DNA of 63,216 nt, the filler included, from Octopus bimaculoides (taxonomy: Eukaryota): the NCBI RefSeq assembly GCF_001194135.2. It is 7 parts of 6 records of this genome, joined end to end, with 100 filler letters (N's around TTAATTAATTAA, not from the genome) between each part and the next. Parts side by side here need not be neighbours in the genome. Positions count along the whole stretch, not along the records: positions 56,506 to 63,216 come from NC_068990.1; 6 more parts are not named here. One strand, written 5' to 3'. Positions 57,281-63,216 of the stretch are shown piece by piece. The stretch's first letter is position 1. Each line of letters starts with the position of its first letter. The notes beneath the pieces are model-generated. The model was not told where the DNA came from and did no database searches. It worked only from the letters and a program-made list of their open reading frames with translations. A program made the position numbers and the translations under genes.

Positions 57281-57947
57281 CGTGACATTCACAGTAGCAG
57301 TAACCGACAATTGACGGCGCATGCGTCGAGAGTAGGCAAGCTACTTACCACACAGCCGCTCCTGCGCCTATATATACATTTATTTATTATAGGCTTACGG
57401 CAGTTTCAGATGTGAGTTTGAGTGCATTCAGTCGATTGATCGACTGAAAATAGAGGGAACCACTAGCCCAGAGCTATCTTCTTCAGAGCCAAAACAAACC
57501 AACTTAATTGTTTGTTGGTACTTACCACGAGTGAATAGTATTGCCGTCTAGTAAAGAAATTTGGTTCAATACCGTGTAGAATGCTGTCATGACTTGTTCA
57601 TACTCCTCTCCCGCCCGTCTAGTTTTAGTAGTATTTTTAACGTTTGTTTTATTTGATGTTTGTCTTAAGTCTCAGAGCTGATTTCTTGATTCTGTTTTCT
57701 CTCAAGATCATTTTCATAGGAGTGTGTTCTAATTTCCAACTTTTAGACCTCAGGTTCGTTCTTCCTTAAGCAACGCGTCCCTTGATGATTTGCGTGATGG
57801 ACGATGTGGTATAATTTGTTTCCAATATGAATTTATATAAAAAATTCATTTTAATCTTACTACTCTAGACAGATCCACTTCAACAAGTTTGGAAGGGTCT
57901 GCCTACCCTCATTTAGGTGAGATATGCTGCACTCGTCACCAGCCCAG

Positions 57948-60593
57948 TAATAATAATAATTATAATTAATTCTTTTATTGGTCACAAGGGCCCACATACA
58001 AAATAGTAAAAGACATGCAACAGCATTAAAAACAAAAACAGGACGATACAATGGGTTTTCGCGTGTATACAATGTAGTAACAAAAAAGTGGAACAAATTA
58101 AACTCCCAATAGGGGAGGCGCTTTAAGGTCCTCATGGAAAACCCCACAAAAACCACGGGTGCCTGAACAACAGGGCAAGAGTCATTTTTTTTACAGCTGT
58201 AGGCTCAGAACTGTTCCTTTCACACTGGCCATTCTTTCAACATTCACTCACCTTTCAACAAGTTTGCTACAAGGCAACACTTCCCTCTCCACCTTCAGCT
58301 TTCTTTTCAAGTGAAACTTGAAAAAGTTGNNNNNNNNNNNNNNNNNNNNNNNNNNNNNNNNNNNNNNNNNNNNNNNNNNNNNNNNNNNNNNNNNNNNNNN
58401 NNNNNNNNNNNNNNNNNNNNNNNNNNNNNNNNNNNNNNNNNNNNNNNNNNNNNNNNNNNNNNNNNNNNNNNNNNNNNNNNNNNNNNNNNNNNNNNNNNNN
58501 NNNNNNNNNNNNNNNNNNNNNNNNNNNNNNNNNNNNNNNNNNNNNNNNNNNNNNNNNNNNNNNNNNNNNNNNNNNNNNNNNNNNNNNNNNNNNNNNNNNN
58601 NNNNNNNNNNNNNNNNNNNNNNNNNNNNNNNNNNNNNNNNNNNNNNNNNNNNNNNNNNNNTAGTTGATCTTCATCGACGCCCAGAATTTCTCCGAGAACG
58701 TCGTCGAACTTTCCCTCCACTAGCCCTCTATAGAACGCTGGAGTGGAACTACCTACCACAGACCGCATTGCTCGCATGACGGAAGGTTGGGAACGCTTGT
58801 CAGCACTCGAGGTGCCAAGCTCGCCCACTCGGTCTACACCTAATCCAGGATGGCAGCTCAGTCAAAGAGACAAGCTGTAAAAGATTGTCTCTTACAAACG
58901 GTGACCACACCTGCTCACCGTCAAGGAAACGCTGGAGATGACCCAACCTCAGCGCATGTCTGCGCATCATTATACACGGCATGCCTAGCTCTCCATTCAG
59001 CGGATGTTGAAAGCAGATGGAGCGCCTGACCCAGTGACAGAAAGCGGAACAGTATGCGCACCAGCTTGGTCAACTAGCAGACGGGGCAAGGGGTGACAGT
59101 CAAGTGGTAATAGACGACGGATGCGATGTACGTATTCGCCACTCCCGCTCGACCCTTCAGGGACAGCTTTCTCTCGGCCCATTTCTGGGTGAGATTGGCT
59201 ACCCTGCTCGTCACCGCATCCCAGTTTTTCGCCACCTGGCAGTCCGGACCAAGCGCCTCATCTAACTTTCTAACTAAATATTCCTGTATTCTAATTCTCT
59301 CTTCCGCTAATGCCTTGCTAAATCTAATCAATTCAACTCTAATTGCCCTTTTAAGAGCAAACCACCAGTTGTTGTTGACGATTGCCGCCATCAATGCCCC
59401 CGCTTAACTAATCTACTAATCCGGTCTCTGCTTCCAGTAACCGGGACGCTGTCTATGAAGCCTATCTAAGTCGACCGTACAGATCACAAATTTGTGGACT
59501 GTGTAAGCGACCATGTGGAATTGTGGACACCCTGAGCTATCTTTGTCCGCTGGCCGACAAAATACCTTATCTAGATACGTTCTAGACGACCCGACGCGGT
59601 TTGTCCAATCCACATTGGCACATTCGGGTAATCTAGTCGGTACCTGTCACACAATTGAAAACGTGTGAGGAGGTTTTTGAGGCTTTTGCACCTCACTCTC
59701 CTATCAGATACTCCCACGCAATCGAAACGTCCATCTAAGACAGTATTCCAATCCCCTAGCAATACTAAAGTCCTAGACGTTCCTAGGAAGACCTCCAGAT
59801 GCTTGAAGTTATCAGACCGCCCTGCCCCTGTCGGAGCATATGCAGCCACCAGTCTCAGAGCACCACCGTAACTGTTGTTCACATCTAGGACCACCAACTT
59901 ACCTTCCAGATCCAGGAAGACTGCCTNNNNNNNNNNNNNNNNNNNNNNNNNNNNNNNNNNNNNNNNNNNNNNNNNNNNNNNNNNNNNNNNNNNNNNNNNN
60001 NNNNNNNNNNNNNNNNNNNNNNNNNNNNNNNNNNNNNNNNNNNNNNNNNNNNNNNNNNNNNNNNNNNNNNNNNNNNNNNNNNNNNNNNNNNNNNNNNNNN
60101 NNNNNNNNNNNNNNNNNNNNNGTTGGATAGTCTGGATTTATAGGCTGCAACATCTACACTAAGGGGCCTCAGGTTATTTAAAAGGTGACCGTGTTTCCAA
60201 GGCGAGTCGAGGCCCCTGACATTTATACACTCTATTCTGAGCATCACTATTGTAAAATACATTTAGGCTGGAGAAAGGCTTTACTTAACATTGTTGTCTG
60301 GCGTTTCCACGAGGTTTTTGAACAGTGTTTTCGAAAATGTTTTTTCAAAATACCCAACAACATTTGGAAAGTTGATTTTTAATGTGTTTTACGTGTCGTG
60401 CTTTAGTTTTAAAATTTGTATGTGTGGTGGTGGTGGTGCATTGTGTGTTGGGAAGACAAAGTCTTTTATTGTGGTGTCTGTATTATCTGATGTATTGGAC
60501 AATGTGTGTGTTGTCGGTGTTAATGGCTGTGAGGTTGGTGTGTTTGTGCAGTCTGTTTGTACACTGTGTCGGTGTTTGTGGTGGCAGTGTTGG

Positions 60594-60629
<36 letters not shown>

Positions 60630-61713
60630 GTTTATGTGTTGCTGCTGTTGGGAATTTCCTCCTGTTTGCGCCTCCACCTCTTTTCTTCTAGTGTCTTTTT
60701 CCTTCTTTTTTTGGGGGAGAAACTGTTTCCCACCCTTTCTTCTCGACTTCAATACTCGAATAGCCTAAATTGTTTTGGTCGGGAAGTTGGTGCAATTTAT
60801 GCACCTCCAGTATTCTGGCGCTATCCTCTATATCAAAGAGGACAGACGCCACCAGCCAGCATATATTTATTTCGTGGGGAACCTCCCCAATTTTAATTTT
60901 GGTGACGCACACATCTCAAGTAAGAATTCCTCAGTTTTTAGTGGCACTGTGGAATGCTGTCTTGCTTCTACCGTTGCGAAGCGTACTTCTACAGTGCCTA
61001 AACGTTTTCCTCGCGTTAAAAAGGTTTTACTCGTCCATACAGGTCTTAATGCAATTTCTAGTTGCTGTTGAATTTCTCGTTCTACTCCTTTTTTTAATGT
61101 TTAATGATCTGTAGCTTACTGATTTTCCCTGTGTTTCTTTTATCAGTTGTTGTGGTGTGTTAAGGACAATATTATTTTCTTCCTTCTTCAACAAACCCTT
61201 TACAGTTTTCAAATCGTCAAATGAATCAACTGTCTTGCTTGTTTCGCCGCTGAGGCAAAACCGTTGCGTCTTGGTTTGTCATTATTCTTCTTGTTTGATT
61301 CTTACTTTTCTTTTGTGTTTACTGTGTTCATGTCGGTGGTGACGTTGGTGGTGTTTTCTTCACTTACTTTTTCATTTTCCATGTTAGTGCTGGTGCTGTT
61401 AGTAGTGTTCGTACTTGTGCTGCTCAGAGGGGGAGAAATCGTGGCTGTACTGGACGTCAGAACAACCACTGCCACTCCCATCAACAGAGGAAGCCGTTTT
61501 GTTTTTCGTTTGACGAAGAAACAGAAAATATATTTAATAGACACAAAGTCCAAAATTTACCCCTTAAAGAGGGAAATTTTCAACAAAAGAACCCCTTCTG
61601 CACACCAAAAGGGGTTTGGAAAACAAAAGCAAAGAAAACAGTCAAGAAACTTGAAGAAAGTTACAAGAAAATCCAAACTTACGGAGCACTAAAACACGTT
61701 TTAACTCGCCGAC
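57948..61713 (-). mobile_element. L1/Tx1-clade LINE: degenerate ORF1, APE endonuclease, RT core deleted, C-terminal region, AATAAA and (ATT)n tail
   Basis: INVRGL (60262 ORF), LRLVAAYAP...LVLLGDWN, SYLDKVF and GYWK; then KNWDAVTSRV...WAERKLSLKGRAGVANTYIASVVYY and HPLNGELGMP. The ORF1 relic is TKIKIGEVPHEI...WLVA. AATAAA lies at 57979-57974, before the tail. Confidence 0.88.
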
Positions 61714-62447
61714 AACAACAACATTAACAACAATAATAATAATATTAATTATATATATATAAATTCCTTCGTCTCTCTGTCTGTTCCCAATGCATTCTTA
61801 AACGATTCAACCAAATGAAATCAAATTTTACATGGTATTACTATCAGACCCTGCGAGTGTCAACATGTGGTTTGTTTGGTTTAAAACAATGCATCATTGG
61901 CATTGGTTCCGTATTACGTGTCAAAACTCAAAGAATAAATGTGAAACAATAATATCTATATTGTAATAAAAGTGAAAGAATAACATCTATATTGTAATGT
62001 AATATATTGTTCAACTTTTATACTTTTACTTTTAATTCTAACCATGACGACGACGACGCCACATTTCGTATATGACTGTGTATCTTTCTGCGAATGCATG
62101 TCTATGAGTGTATGAGTGCGTATATGTATGTGTGTCTTTCCACGTTAGGTATGTTATTAAACATACTATATGATTCACTTTTATACTTTTACTTATAATT
62201 CTAATCGCGACAATGACGTGTGTGAGTGTGTATGTTTCACAGTGTGTGTGTCTTTCAGTATGAGGTCCGTTCTTAAACACATGTAGATGTGAGGACTGGT
62301 TGACTACGACAACAAACGTCACATCTAGTACATGACTGTGTATCTGTCTGTGAATGTATGTGTGTCAGTGTATGAGTGTGTATATGTCTCACAGTGTGTG
62401 TGTGTGTTTTCCGCGTTAAGTACGTTATTAAACATACTATATGTATA

Positions 62448-63130
62448 TGAGGGCTGATCAGTGTCAATACGAAATTTTATTTTCATTTCCATTAAAACAA
62501 TATAACATTTCATAGAAATAATCTTTCTAGTTATGAAGATATACTTGCATAGCAAGTGACTGGATCTAAGATCGTATACTCGGAACACACACATATATAT
62601 GCAACCTTCGACGGAGTAACAGTTATATATACAAATTGAACAGACACACATATCAGTACATAAACATTTATTTACATGTACACATATACACACATGCAGA
62701 CACGTCTACCCACTTACATAGTAAATGCTCACAAACATACATACATACACACATGTACATACATACATACATACATACATACATACATACATACATACAT
62801 ACATACATAAACACAGGTACATACGTGCATACATACATAAACACATGTATATCATAAACTGTTACTTTCTCAGATTCAGCACCAAGTTTTGTCAGTGAAG
62901 AAGTTGCAGTTTCAAAGCGACGAAAATATTTTGCCAAATTAAATTTAAATGTTGAAGTGAATCTAACGGTTTTTGTGTGTTTTTAAATGGCTTATAAACA
63001 CTTTCCACGTTTCAATTGTTTTTGTTTCAGCACACGATCTCAGATCAAGTCACTTGCTATGAAAGTACATCTCCGTAATAATTTAAAAGTTTTTAAATGG
63101 CTTATAAGCACTTTCTACGCTGCAATTACT
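62448..63130. mobile_element. Tc1/mariner-like DNA transposon relics (inverted internal repeat)
   Basis: TA-TGAGGGCTGATCA TIR-like start. About 62535-62580 is the reverse complement of about 63035-63080 (ACGATCT.AGATC.AGTCACTTGCTATG.AAGTA). Confidence 0.5.
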
Positions 63131-63216
63131 TTTTAATCATATTACTAAAATTCCCTTCTATTTATTAGGTCTTCTCATAAATTTTTATCAATTTTATTAT
63201 AATTGTATTCCATAAT

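Noticed and set aside
61760-61830. Helitron/HINE-like 5' terminus
   Set aside because: There is only a vague resemblance, and no matching 3' hairpin-CTRR end was identified.

Overview
Eukaryotic, AT-rich, microsatellite-saturated animal DNA from a draft assembly, with many N gaps and six artificial 44N-TTAATTAATTAA-44N spacers. The SINE/LINE repertoire and repeat texture suggest a cephalopod, probably Octopus (inference). Only one host coding exon is recognisable: the terminal exon of a Shal/Kv4 (KCND) A-type potassium channel at 40406-40687 (+), ending NIVKISTL*. I found no upstream Kv4 exon, so most of 1-40405 is probably very large intron. The rest is transposon relics: several modular tRNA-derived SINE families, RTE, Dong/R4-like and L1/Tx1-like LINEs, mariner MITEs and Penelope-like termini. 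There are also mini- and microsatellites, local duplications and two long fold-back hairpins. Nearly all ORFs in the supplied track are repeat or gap artefacts. I found no clear-cut new multi-gene system. The best leads are the two intronic hairpins, the altered Kv4 C-terminal phospho-motifs, Dong/R4 fragments embedded in TAA arrays, an in-frame RT-less Tx1 element, inverted hammerhead-like Penelope termini, and a ~360-bp tandem repeat with a shared translatable consensus.
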